From Lama guanicoe (Eukaryota), in the NCBI GenBank assembly GCA_013239625.1, contig MU054187.1, positions 10,995,231-11,059,230 on the forward strand: a DNA stretch of 64,000 nt, read 5' to 3'. The notes beneath the pieces are model-generated. The model was not told the origin of the DNA. It worked only from the letters and a program-made list of their open reading frames with translations, and ran no database searches. A program made the translations under genes and the position numbers. Below are positions 38,700 to 52,362 of this stretch, piece by piece (within the stretch, counting starts at the first letter, position 1; each line of letters begins with the position of its first letter).

Positions 38700-39270
38700 A
38701 GACTGAGCTCCTACTGCTGTTTGCCACTGTCACGAGCACTTCCAGTGTCTCTTTTTTAACCTAGTCTGTCTCACTTGTTTGCCTGACTTGTGTGGTCCTC
38801 TACTACTACTCCTCAGGAGACAATTCTCCCTGAGTCTGTCACATTTCCACACTTCTTACAAGCACTCTGGTGAACAGTACATGGCTGCATTGTTCTCAAC
38901 GATCTTTTCAGGGATGTCTGTATAGTCAAGACGGAGCAAAGGCAGATTTATATACTGTTCAGTATACTGTCATCCTTCAGGGCAAAGGTCTGATAAGCTC
39001 ACTGCCCATTAGAAAAGATCCGGGCTTCCTAAGCTCAGGGTTCCCTTCCTGTAAGGTGACCTATAGTATGCACAGGTGTCACCTGGCCTCCTTTGATTGT
39101 CTTGTGGAATTGTGGCTCAGGAAAACAGCACAATTGTTGACACTCTGGATACAGTAATTGCTGTGAGTTGTAAACCATCTTTTGTATCCCGTCCCCGGAC
39201 ATGTCTGTCCTCTTCCAGCAGCCAAGAAAGTGTGGCAGGCTGTGTTGTTGGCTTGCAAGTGGGTAAAAAA
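38700..39270 (+). mobile_element. ERVL-class LTR (MER74/MER73/LTR53-like)
   Basis: gtcctcttccagcagccaagaaagtgtggcaggc...ttgttggcttgcaagtgggtaaaa matches the remembered 3' end of this family; left boundary uncertain. Confidence 0.7.
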
Positions 39271-39489
39271 AAAAAAAGATACAGATTCTATATGCCCTAT
39301 ACATATATTTATATCTGTAAGAGTTTACAGATATATATTATATATGATAAATTATATAAATTATGTATGTACTCAGACCACATGAAAAATAATGTGTGCT
39401 ATAATTAGTTTTACAAAAAATCTTACAATAGCTATTTCAGTTACTCTTTGGAACAATACAACTAAGGTATTTGATTTTTTTAACATGTG

Positions 39490-40480
39490 ATTCATGCTTT
39501 TTTCAGAAACACTTTAGTCCTTGAATGAACGTATATACAAGCACTGTTCTGTGCTCGGTGCCATTAATAGTAAGGGGATTGTTTCTACCCTCGGATACGT
39601 GAAAGTCAAGTGGAGAGATAGACATGGAAGCACGTATGTGTAATATAAGTTCCTAAGTTTACAAAAGAGCTTTTGGACCAGTGAATGCCTAATTCTGCCT
39701 GGATGAGAGAGAAAGCTTCACCTAAGAGAAGAGAAGGTAAAGATAAGACATAGAATATGAAAATACATTTTCTAGACAGTTAAGATCAGGAAACGTGTCC
39801 AGGCATTGAAAGCAGAACCTTGGCAGAAGTTAGTTTGTACGGCCAGACCTATCCACACAGGGAAGAAGTCAACGAGGTCCGGGGCACTGAATGTTAAGGA
39901 AGAGTCCAGGTTTTATCTGGAAAGCAGTGGAGAGCCATTGAAGGATTTTGATAAGCAGAACATGACATGCTTAGGTATCCCTCTTTATTACTTTTCTCAC
40001 CGCTTATCACAGTGTGACGTATTATGTATTTATTTTATTGTCTGCTACCTTATAATATAGATCCCATTAGAGCAAGAGCTTTTTGTTGTCGCTGTTCACT
40101 GAGGCATCCCCAGTGCCTAAAACAGTGCCCAAAACATGGCTGGAACTCTTTTAGTATTTCTTGAATGAATGCCTAGGAGCCACGTGGATAATGGGTTACA
40201 GACAGAGAAGTTTGAGATAAGGCGTAGGATACTGGTTAGCAGCTATTCTCATACCCAAATGTGAGGTTATGATGACCTGAACAAACACATTCTTTGAGAT
40301 AGAAATATAGAAGCAGATTTGGAGGGGATAATGAATTTATTTTAGTGTGTTTCAAGTTTGAGATACCAGTGAGACGTCTAGGTGGCGATGTCTGGTAAAG
40401 CAGCTGGATGTATGGCTCTGGTACTCTGGTAAGAGATCTTGGCTCAATGGAAACATTAGAAAGTCCTAAGTGTATATAGG
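39490..40480. mobile_element. Cluster of L2 fragments in both orientations
   Basis: Antisense L2 (gcagtggagagccattgaaggatttt; aagtttgagataccagtgagacgtcta) around a sense L2 3' end (gttcactgaggcatccccagtgccta...ttgaatgaat, ~39990-40170). Confidence 0.75.
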
Positions 40481-41069
40481 TGTTCAGTTTTTTCAGTCTT
40501 CCCACCTCTCTCACGTTTTGTCTATAATATCTGTTTGTTGGCAGTCATCTAAGCTTAGACCTCCATTGAGGTAATTTTAGCAAGAGTTTTTTAAAGACAA
40601 CTCAACATACAAAGAGGTAGACAAGTAAAATTATTGTTTGCTCTTTGCCATGATAGTTGTGCACAAATACCAACACAGATCTTATTTCTGTCAAATGAGG
40701 TGTGAAGTAGCCACAGATATACATCAACTAACAGAGAGAGACTTTGGATACTTTACTTTGCCAGAAACATTGGAGTACTTATGGTCTAAATCGTGAAACA
40801 TTGAAAGTTTGAGTCCACATATTAATGATATCCTTTTTACAAATTGCAGAAGAAGCTTCAAGATTAAGAGTAGATCTGTGTTACTCATAAAGTATTAACA
40901 GTACAATAATATTTTTACAATTGGAATATAACTTTTACAACTTTAAGTGCTTTAGAACACAAGAATTGAAAATCGCCCCAACCGTCTTATTCAAGCAAAA
41001 TAGGCAATTTTGGTATTTTTTGAATATATATTCTAAATCGTCTTTTGTAAAACTTAACACATGGCAATG

Positions 41070-41735
41070 TTTTTCTTTTTTTTCCCTCCCCCCAAAGTAT
41101 AATTAACAAATAAAACTGCATATACTTAGAGTGTACAACTTAAAGTGTATACATATATCAAATGTGAAATGATGACCACAGTCAAGTTAATTAACACATT
41201 TATCACCTCAGATAGTTACCTTTTGTGTGTATGTGTGTGGTGAGAATGCTTAAGATCTACCGTGTTAGCAAATTTTAAATATAAATACAGTATTATTAAC
41301 TACAGTCACCGTGCTGTACAATGGATCCTCAGAACTTATTCATCTGATAACTAAGGGCTTGTACTTTTTGACTAACAGTCCTCATTTCCTCCACTCCCAG
41401 CCCCTCGTAGCTACCATTCTACTCTGTTTCTATGAGTTCAACTTTAAAAAAAATTTTTTTTAGATTCCACATATAAGTGAGATCATACAGTACATGTCTT
41501 TCTCTGGCTTGTTTCACTGAGCACAGTGTCCTCCAGGTTCATCCATGTTGTCACAAAGGACAGGACTTCCTTCTTTCTCATAGTTGAATAATATTCCATA
41601 CATATGTATGTATATATATATATATAAATATATATATATATACACACACATATAGATACACACACCATATATTCTTTATCCATGCATCTGTAGATGGACA
41701 CTCAGATTTTTTCCATGTATTACTTATTGCAAAAT
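41070..41735 (-). mobile_element. L1MA-type 3' end
   Basis: Minus-strand MEYYSTMRKKEVLSFVTTWMNLEDTVLSE; ctaccattctactctgtttctatgagttcaact; internal (TA)n. Confidence 0.9.
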
Positions 41736-44269
41736 ATCCTGTTTTGAATTGGAAAATACTGAGTAACTTCAGAAATGTGTTATTAAATTTTTTTTAAGAT
41801 TGCTGCAGTACTCACATCTTCTCTCCCTGATATTTGTGCACTTGTCTAAAGAGGATTTTTTTATTATCATCATCATCATCATCATCATTGATGGGTATGC
41901 ATATTTCTCTTTGAATGTGGTTTTGTTTTGGTTTTTTTGATTGGAGATTCTTCCAAAATAAAATTTTAGTTTATCCTGGCCCCATACCGTTGATATAATT
42001 CTGGCTGTTGAAAGTTTTTTTTAACAGCTTCTACATAAAGTTCAGGTAGGTGGGATAAAGCTCACAGTCTCTAAGCAGCCACTGTGATTCTTTCAGTCCC
42101 TGCAGAGGCCCTAAAACCACACCAATGGACTGGGGACTTTCAAGTCCCTCAAAGAGTGATGTAACAGCTCATGGGGACCGTGGATGGTCAAACCTCAGAC
42201 TTCAGTGGTTGGCTGTGGGCTTCCCCTAGGCAGCTTCCCCTGTGTGACTTCCCATAGGCACCTGCCTCCTCCTTCCTTCCAAATTTCTACTTTTGGACCA
42301 TTTTAAAATCCATTTCAAATATCCTTTTCCCAGAAAACAAGAAGAAACATTATTAACATTGTCAAGGATTGGTTAATTTATGTTTCAAATTTGCCAAAGT
42401 TTCAGAATATTATTTGTGTAGTTTTCTAATGATATCATCTTAGATTAGAGAGATCAACTGGAAATATTTAAATAGATGTGATGAATATAAATTTTCTGTG
42501 AACTTCTGATCCTATTTGATATAGTTCCCAACATCTGTCCTGATTATACTTGTTGAATGAATGAAATATTGATAGCTTACCTGAATAATGCAATGAACAA
42601 GTTATCTAAATGTGATACGAGGCAAAATCTTGAATTTTAGTTTTTAAATGCAGTTAGGTTTATGTTACACGCAGCAGTTGAAACTTTAAGGAATATTATT
42701 TAGAACTTCGTTGTTTCTGACCAGTCACTGAATCAACTGTGAAAATGACAAAGCCCACCTCAACACTAACAAAAATGAGATACATTATTAAAACGTTCTA
42801 TTTTTATTTACGAGTTGCTTTTTCCCAAAGGCAATAAAGATTGAAATATTGAGAAACCATGACATCTAATATGTCATACTGTGTTTTATCAACTCAAAAG
42901 GCTCCTAAACAATCATTTTATTATTTTTTTCTGTTTTTTTAATTTGGTAAACAGTAACAAAGTGTATCTGGTCAAAATGAAAGCTAAACACGAGATAGTT
43001 ATATCAAGCAAATATCAACAATATGATCTAGTATGATCAACTCCGTAAATATTAACTGAATGATGAACAGCTTCAGATTCTTTTAAGTGCCACAAATTAA
43101 CAGCTCTTTTAAGGCCAACATTCCAACTAAGGTGCTATTCCTGTAGTTCTGCTATGTCCTGACAGGAGAAATGAATGGAATACAAATGTCCAAATACAGA
43201 ATCTACAGAGTATTTGACAGGGCCCGCTGAAGTTAAGAGTTCAGGCTACCGGCATTTGAGTAAAGATATATCAAAATTTCGCAAAGAAACTTGAAGTCTT
43301 TGTGGATCTGAAACAAATGACCCTAAAAATTCACACATGGACTAATTTAAGCAAAGGTTTGTTTGTTTTGTGTTTAGAGACAGAAATCTGAGAAGAGTGG
43401 AAATTTTAGGTCAAATGGTAGAAACACTGGGAGTTTCAAAACTCCAGGATATTGACAAATACACAGTGCCTCCCTGAGGGGTCCTGCTGGGGCTCAGGAA
43501 GTGTAAGTGAGGGCTGACATGGTGGTGATAGCAACTGCACAAATGCTCAAAGCAATCTGCTTACATGTTTGAGCCTGAGATGGTTGGTTAGGAAGAAATG
43601 CAATCGAACGTTGAAGTCTAAACTTGTGCCCGTTGGATATGACTGTCAAATTACATCTAAAGGTGCTTGAAGATTGGTCACTTTTTCTAGAATGAATTAT
43701 ATTCTCATAATGAATTTCTGTTTTGAGACAGACCTAGTATAAATCTAGAGTATAAAATCCATTAAGCTAATTGTAAATGAAAACAAACACAATTTGCAGT
43801 ATCATGAATGTACGTATACTGAGGGGAACCAGGATATACTCCAACAGATGGAGGGTGAAACTCAGGTGCATTTGGTCTGAGACAATAGTCTTGAGAAATC
43901 CTGGAGAAAGGATAGCTCTGAGTTTTCCTCCCTTTGATAGTGGCATTACCCCTTTAGGTGTGTGAGACAAGGTGGGCTGTGTTTTGACTGCCTACACTTG
44001 ACCCATTTCAGTGTCTTCTGAAGAACTCAAATTCAGACTCTACTGCTGAGACTTGGACTAAAAGGAAAAAAAAAATTCCTTCAAATGATATCCTTGGCTT
44101 TCTTCCTCTTCCTCCAAGCAACTCATTTAAAATACATATTATGTGATGAAATAGTCTCATTCCAGCTTCCAAAGCTAGAATGGTGCCCTAGAGCCTAATG
44201 AATAAGCAATAGTAAGATGCAGAAAAATAATTAGAAAGTGATGAATTTGTGTGTTCATTACTTTTTAGT

Positions 44270-44535
44270 ATATAATTTATTTACTTGTAAATTTTTGAGA
44301 CGCAAAAAGCTGTTCATAATTAATGCACAACCATTTGATGCATTTGGAGATAAGTAAGTATACATCTGTGAAACCATCAAAACAATCTATGCCATAAACC
44401 TATCCATCACCAAGAATTTCCTCCTTACTTCACATTTATTACTATTACTATTATTATTATTAATTATTATTACTATTAATTATTCTGTGGTAAGACACTT
44501 AACAGAAGATCTACACTCAGCAAAATTTTAATACT
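44270..44535 (-). mobile_element. L1MA-type 3'UTR fragment with (ATT)n tract
   Basis: tatacatctgtgaaaccatca...gtggtaagacacttaacagaagatctacactcagcaaaattt. Confidence 0.75.
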
Positions 44536-46904
44536 TGTAAGTTTTTAATTTAATTCTGTGATGGCCGTGTTTAAGAACCAGCTGGCACAAGTTCCTGAAA
44601 CTTGAGCAGTCAGCTCTCTGAAGCCGGTAGCGCAGGCTGCAGTCCATCCCAGCTTTCCCCTCCCACTGATGCAGATAAGAAAGGGGGTGGGGCTTGACCA
44701 GTCAGGCTCTGAGACTGTATGAAAAGAACCGCGAGTCTGGAGAAAAACCAAAAAATCTCCAAAGCGGGAACTGGGATATTAGCCACTTGAGCCTCCATTT
44801 TTGAGGGGGAACAAAATACTTGCATTGCTTCTGATTGTTCTTAGAACTTTAAGCAAGAGACCATTCGCATGAACCACACTGAAAGATTGATGTTTTGCAA
44901 CGTCGCGTGTGTTGTGGAAACAATACACGTGGTTCTCTAAGTTGGTTTGAATTCACCAGAACACATTATTGAAATGAGTAAGAAATGCTTTTTTTTGTGG
45001 TGGGAATTATGTTTTAAAATGACGAGTCCTCTGACTGCTCTCAGATCCTGCACTTCAGTCTGAAAACGAACTCCTATAAATAGCTGAAACCCGAGAGAGC
45101 AGACTTGGCTTCAGAGTGTTTGTGTATCTGTTATACTTATCTTTGTATGTTTCCCTGTAATCTTTCAGTGTCTAGACATATTTATTTCAGTAAATTAGAA
45201 CGTAAATTGACTTCTATTTGTGAAACATATGAAATGATGTGAATTGGACGAAAAACATGTTATCAATTAAAATTTCATTCATGAAATTCTATACATGTTC
45301 ATGATATAAATAACTGTTTGCTTTAATTTTCTCAAGCTAACCTAAATTAAAATGAATCCCAATAAAACTGAAGCTGTAAAATATTTTATCGTGTATTTTA
45401 TGTCAATAGAGGATTCATTAAAATATGAATAGCACACCTAGTTGTGACTCCAAATATTTCTCAGGCAGCATCAGTTACACAGATATTTATAGAGATTCAA
45501 CATCATTATTGTGATATTGTATACAGCATCACTTAAGAGGAAGTTCTTTGATGATTTCACTGTTGTTTCTTATAACCCCAATTATCCTTTTCTGTCTTTG
45601 TTTATTTCCAGTTAACAGAGTTCTCTCTCCTCTTTTCCCTTTGATCTACTTGCTGTATTTTCCATAACACCTAAGATATATTCAGAGATTTTTTTTTTAG
45701 TCTCAACAAATAAAACTCAGTCTTTTTCAGATATCATATGTGATTTGTTTTGCAGTTGATATTTACTTCCGGGAAAATATTTTGGTTAATAATGGGTAAC
45801 TGGCACAAATCAACAGAGATTCAAAGACTCGGTTTGGTTATGTTTGCATTTGAGCTAATATCCCACTTTAAACTGTGCCCTCTCAGAGGAAGGTGAAGAC
45901 AACTTCTGAAGTTGTTTCAGTTGGAATAGATCTTGAAGGTCCAAAAGAGTAAAGGACTCGGCTGTCATGGTGGAGTGATTAGGCAGTGAGGCTTCTATTT
46001 TGGTAACAGACCTTCACTATAACCAATCAAATGAAACAACATTGATAGTTACCTACTCTTCTACAAATGAAGTCACGTTTGACTGAAACCCAATTCTCTG
46101 ACCACTGAGCTGAATTAGCTGGAACACAGTGAGGGGTGAGGTAGGGGATGGATGTAAGAGCATGTTAGCAAATGTTGCCCTGTTTGTCCTTTTGCATTAG
46201 CTTGTGAAGTTGCTCTTTCCTGATCATGAAATGAGTATTTTCAAATTATTTTTTTTAGTTATCTGTCTACTTTTGAATTGATCTATGTTGAAACATCTGT
46301 GATTAGAGTTGTTATGTTCTCATGGCCGGGATTAAAATACAGCTCTGGGAGGCTGACTGGAGAAGGAGCATTGCTGAGATCTGATTGGTTGAATTCATAT
46401 GTAGTTCTCTTCCGCCAGACAAGAATCAGTGACACACAGGCACCTCTCGTCTGTGTGACCTGCTGTTGTCTATGACGGCGTAAACTGACAAGCTCCTTTC
46501 TATTCCCATTAAAAAAAAATCAGTGATGCATACACACAAAAATGTACGTTGTGGTCACTGCTCTCATAATAAAATATTTGTGTGTGAATTGCTATATTTT
46601 ATATAGTACGTAAGTGTGTATTTGTTCTAGGTAATTAACTGAGATGTCAGGTTCAAAAGATTCTTCAGATATCTTAGAAAATGGCATTCCCCATGAAGAC
46701 CAAATGGTGTTAAAGAAGGAACATATTAATGTGCAATAATTAACTATTTCTGATGCTCCCACATAACTGGGGAGAATTTTTACACCATTCATGGGTCTCT
46801 TCCATGAATGAGAAACAGTTCATGCCCCTAGAGTGGTGCATGGATCATTGCTCTTCTGAAACAGCTGATGCTGAGATGTTTGCTGCAAGTCCAGAGCAGA
46901 GGAA

Positions 46905-47078
46905 CAGTGTTTCTCCAAGTGCCATCCCCTAACCGGCAGCATCGTCATCACCTAATAGTATGTTAGAAATACAAATTCCCTGGGCCACTCCAAGACTCAC
47001 TAAATAAAAGAACCTGCCGTCTGTGATCTAACAAAACCTGGTATAGCTCTAATATACATCAAAGTTTGAGAACTGCTG
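46905..47078. mobile_element. MER5A-like hAT-Charlie DNA transposon fossil
   Basis: Terminal inverted repeats cagtgtttctccaagt / aagtttgagaactgctg; internal cagcatcgtcatcacct...ttagaaatacaaatt. Confidence 0.8.
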
Positions 47079-47560
47079 CCCTGGAGCACCCCTTTCCATC
47101 GGGAAAAGGATAGGAGGCAGTTAATTGGCAGCCAAAGTATGTGTTAGGTATGGAGATAATCAGAGATAATTGCCCGAATGAGGGGTTGGACTTCAGCTTG
47201 AAAGTCACCTTATCTTTGACAGCTCAGACCTGACGTTCCCTCATTCTCTATGGATGTCTCATAAATCGAGAATTTACCATAGCTTAGGCTTTCCCGTGGC
47301 CTTGAAGAGTCCAAGCTTTGATTTGACCCCCCATTCCTGCCTTTCTGTCTCACTCTGATCCTTGCTTGCAGACATTCTTGCTTTGTACCAACGCTGCTGA
47401 AATCCAGTACACAGAACTTTAGACTCAATCCCTTTGTAGCTCCTCCCTGGACTACTACCACAAGTGCATCTCTAGATATGTGGTTTGGAAGGGTAAGTCA
47501 GCAAATGGCTAGAGGATCTAGGAAGGCATAAACCTTATCAATTTTATCCATTGCTCTATC

Positions 47561-47760
47561 CAGTGATACGCTAGTAAATGTTTAGCAACTGACTGAAAAA
47601 AACAAGCCCTGATTTGCAGGGTTGCTGGTGACTGTGCTGTGAATATTCCCGCCATAGCCAATTTCAAGCTACCAATGCTATGACACCAAACACAGAGTCG
47701 GTTAGAGATGTGCACGCTGGGGTCTCAAAAGTCTGCAGGGCTGGTTCCAGGACACCACAG
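47561..47760. mobile_element. MER63-like hAT DNA transposon fossil
   Basis: Termini cagtgatacgctag / ccaggacaccacag; degenerate 8-bp TSD gctctatc/cctctacc; related to 58048-58260 in opposite orientation. Confidence 0.75.
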
Positions 47761-50700
47761 CCTCTACCTCCAGCTCCTACCCAGATGCCTGTAAACAGTA
47801 GGTGCTTAGTAAATATTTAGTGAATGAATAAAAATGGAGAGGCCAGCGTGAAGCTTTCAGCACCACTGGATAAGCAAGTTGACGTGCATGTGGAAACATG
47901 GCCTCTGTATACGTGGGTAGCATATTTGGGGTTTTTACATTCTTATCCAGCCTTCAAGAATCAACAGTTGACGTCAAATTGCATAAACATTTGTCACATA
48001 ATCAAAAACAGCTATGTTCTTGTAAACAGATATAATCAGCCATTCTAACTCATCCCAAAATAACTCAGCACATGTAAATTAATAAGAGTATATAATTTCA
48101 AAGCAGAAATGACCTATGTTTTAACATGTTTAAGTGTTTGGTCTTGTCATTGAAGTGGGATAATGCAATTGGTGAAACTGGTATTCATAGACACGACTTT
48201 TTTCAGCCCTTATTAGGGATATGAAGGTGATGTGAAACTTACTATTTAATAAAGCCTTAGAAAGTCATTTAACATGACTGAGCACTGTATGCAAAGAAAT
48301 CATATTGAAAAGTTCAGTAATATCTATTAATAAGGATTTTCCCCCAAACTATTTATCAAAGCAAACAATATTTGTCAAATGTTTTCAGAATAAATGTCTA
48401 TTCTCTAATACGATTTCATAACCCTATTTGGAAAGAAAAGTTATGCCCTTTGTTTTTCCCTTTAGGGATAGAGCTGATTTTTGCAACTTTAAACCTCGTA
48501 TTTTGACTACAAAGCTTCTGTTAATGTTTCTGCAATTAGATAATAGAAGTCACCGCTGTCCCTCGTTTCCCGGCTCTGTTCTTCGCTTTTTAAATGCTCT
48601 CTGTGGGTGTTCATGTTCACTGGTATTTTCTTTCAACAATTCCTGTAAGTTATCCTTTCTTTGTGGATAAGTAAGAGTTTGCAAAACTTTACACCCTTAT
48701 TCTTCAAGTAAATACTGACACGGAGCGACAGTGTGGAGCATGCAAATCAGCGGGACCTCCCTGTGGGAATCTGGGCTGGAAGACTGGTTCACATTGAAGG
48801 CAGACAGCGCTGTTGACACTGGCTGTCAAAAAGGCCTCACGTCTTTGAAAGAAAATCTTAATCTTCTTTATTCGTGTGTGAACAGGTCCAGGCCCCCATC
48901 CCGGGACTCAGATGCATTGGCTGTTTAAACTCCAGGTTGCTAGGTTTTGGGGGAGAGTCTGTTTGCTGTGTCTCGTTGCCCCGAATGGATGAGGACTGAG
49001 AATTAAAATCTGTCTGACACAGACCACGGCTTTTCTGTCTCTGTTTGAAGAGACATGGCAACCTGGGGTGAAATGAAAAGGAATTTTATTGAGCGCAAAA
49101 CCACTCAATGTTTAAACGTTGGATGGGGGAACCAAATGGTGATTTGGGGCAACCGGTAGATTGTTTATAGACAGTGGGATGGTTGTCAATCAAGGCACAA
49201 TGGCAAAATTGGTGTCGGAAAAAAAAAAAAAGCGCTTTTCTAGTGGCTGAACTCCTGTTTCCTGTTGAAATGCTCAGTTCCACAAATAAAAAGCTTTTTT
49301 TTTTCCCCTTGAAGTTTCCAAGCGCAAAAATTTCCCAATAACAGAGATGCTGTTACTGTTGAACATCTTTTGATCCGGGTGGCATGGTCCTTATTAACAG
49401 CTTAAAGCTAAGTTATACCCCAAAGATCTCTTATACAGTTTGTCTGCTGCATTTGAAATTTCTCTTGGTTTTGTCTCTTCTTTCTAGACTTTTTACTAAT
49501 AAAAAACAAAAGAAACAAAGATGTAACCACCAACTGGAGCTCATCAAAGGTCTTTGGGAACAACATGTATCTTAACATTTTAAAAACCTATGCAAAAACA
49601 TCTTAAGCGTACAACTGATTGTATTTTGAAAATTCATTTCTTTCCAGGAATCTGAAATTATTCTGAGTGCTCTTTTTGATCATGTATAAAACATTTTAAT
49701 TGCTGGCAGTACTTGAAAAATATATCTTTGTATATAATAGAGGGGGAAAAGACCAATTACCAACACAAACTAGATTTTCAAAATAATGTTTGACTCTGTG
49801 TTCACAGAGAAATCTTAGGGCATGCAAGTAATATACACTACATTGACCTAGTTTGTCAAATGCTTTCCTTATTTAATTAAAAAATCAAGCCTTATGATCT
49901 ATTAAATAATAGACTGCAACAAAGCCTCTAATTCTGACTATTTCTTAGACTTCAGTGAACCTATGGTAAGCTTTTTCTACATATATATGGAGACCGTAGT
50001 CCTGAATCATCAGTAAGGAAATGTACAACCCTTGATGCTGTTCTAGGAGGGCAGTAAATTTGCTCCGTTGGGTCGATGACAATTCAACCCAGCTCACTTT
50101 TGAATTCATGTCACGTATTTGTAAAATGACTATTCAGGGACATGGGTGAGGGTCCTTGAGAAAAGCAAGGGGCAGCCCTAAAGGAAAGAAGGCCAGCAGA
50201 AACATGCCATTGTCATGTTTGGTTTGGAGGAATGCTAATTAATCAGCCTTCCCATTCCCCACCAGCTCCAAACAGTTTGAGAAATAGTCAATGATTAAAA
50301 ATTTGACAAAGCTGAATTGGAGAATATGGCTTATTCCCAAGCCTGAAGCAAGCTTTTCACTACTTCCCTTGACAAAAGCTGTTTCCCAGCACTTCGCTGA
50401 GTAGATGAAAGTGTTGGTGAACTGCGCTTTCCAGCCCTGGGTAGGCATACCAGGGAAGAAAAGTGAGAGTTCTCTAAAAAGTAGAGAAATTTTATGAGAC
50501 AAAGCTAGGCGTGGGGAGGAAGAAGAGATAGCACATCCTAGGAATATTTTTGTTGTCTTGAGCAGCCCGCAGAATCACTGGGAAATTAAATGGATATTTA
50601 TCCAATTGGTCATTTTCATCAGTCATAAAAATAACAGTGGGAGAGCTGGAGCCATGTCCCCGTGGCATCAAGTCCCCGCCTTGGTGATGACTAAAACTCA

Positions 50701-52362
50701 GGTTCCCCGACTCCTGTCTGCCAGTCTCCCCACCATCTCAAACATCTCTGTCTGCTATCCAGTGGGAAGAGGTCAGAACACTGCCCTGTCCCACCACAGA
50801 GCAGAGAACAATTGCTTCCACTATTCTGGTAGCTCACTGAGACTCTGAAAGTGAAGGTAGATTTCTATACATGGTCTTAATGCTGATAAGCCCTGCAAAA
50901 TGGGGCCTCCAATATTGCTGGAATTAGAACTATAAAGGATGGAACATCTTTACAATTTTTCATAGCCCCTCCAAACCTCAAGAGTAAAGAAAATTTAAAT
51001 GGCCTGTGCTTACATGTTCTCTCAGGAAGCAGGAACAGCGGAGTTACCATGTCTTCATGTTGGCATTCTGGATTATTAGCTTCGGGAAATTTGAAGTTGC
51101 TAAATCACCTTGAGCTTCAAGGAGGGCAAATAGAAAAAACAAAACACATGAATGTAAATAATGTTAATACAGTAATAATAATGGCGATGCCCTGGGGATT
51201 AGAAGGAAATATTTGAAATTCCACAAAACAAAGAGGTTTCTTGAAACATGTATCTCTCTTTAGGGTGAGGGGCACAGAAGGGGTGTTGCTTAACCAAATT
51301 GTTTTCAGCCAGTCAGTTTCTTTGTTAATAATGCTCTGTCACTACATCCTTCAAGTGTTTTAGCTGCTACCACTCATTGCTCCCCTGAAATTGTAATTCA
51401 CTGTGTTAGTACAAAGGATGGGGAGACAAAGTCTTGGACAGGAAAGACACTCATCTCTTTTCTGGAACTACTATGCCTGCCATTTCTGGGCCCCTGTCAT
51501 CTCCCTCACTCTCAAGCAAGTGGAAAATTTTTGAGTGATGTGATGACCCTAACTTCCTAGGCTTCTCCAGATTTCGGCCTTTCATTATAAATCAACCTTT
51601 AAAAAATTAAGCTAACGTTTGAAATTGTCTATGGCATTACTATTGATTCCATCCCATTTTACAAAGGTTACTTTGCCCCCATTTTAGACATTCCAAAGAC
51701 CTTCTGAGTAGCCACATCAGGAACTGAAATGAAAATCAAAATAAACTATCTGAAATTGCAAATGCTAGAAGGGAAAAAAATTTTTATTAGGTTTTTTCAT
51801 GTTTCAAATTAAACACAAGTTATTTGTCTTAAAAAACAAAACTGAACATGAACATCTGTATATTTCAAAACTGTGGAACATAATAGTCAAATAATTTTTT
51901 AAACAAAATGATAATATCACTGAACTAAACACATGTATCTCTGGAGAAATAATCCTGACCCCTACCCTGCTTCTTGGGTATTTTGTCTTTGACCAACCAT
52001 CACATTTATTTATTTAGTTGGTTACTTATTTATTTTTGACCCTTGGTGCCTGTTTCTTATCATGCCTCCATCAATAGTTTCCCCAGTGCCATGAGGCTGC
52101 TTTTGGCTTCCAGTGTCTCTAGTCTCATGAGGCAATTGCCTTAAAGTTTTATCCAATAATATACTGATTTTGATGCAGCCAAACACCAGGTCCTAATATG
52201 ATCAGATTTTGCTTGCTTTGGTAAGACAACAGCACCATTTCTCAGATTCTGCAGCTGTCTAGTTGTTCTTAAAGAATTTCTGTTGAATACTCAAATGAGG
52301 ACAGACATTCTTGCTCTGTGATCCATGGAAAAATAAAGGAATAAGTAACTCTCGTCGAAGGT

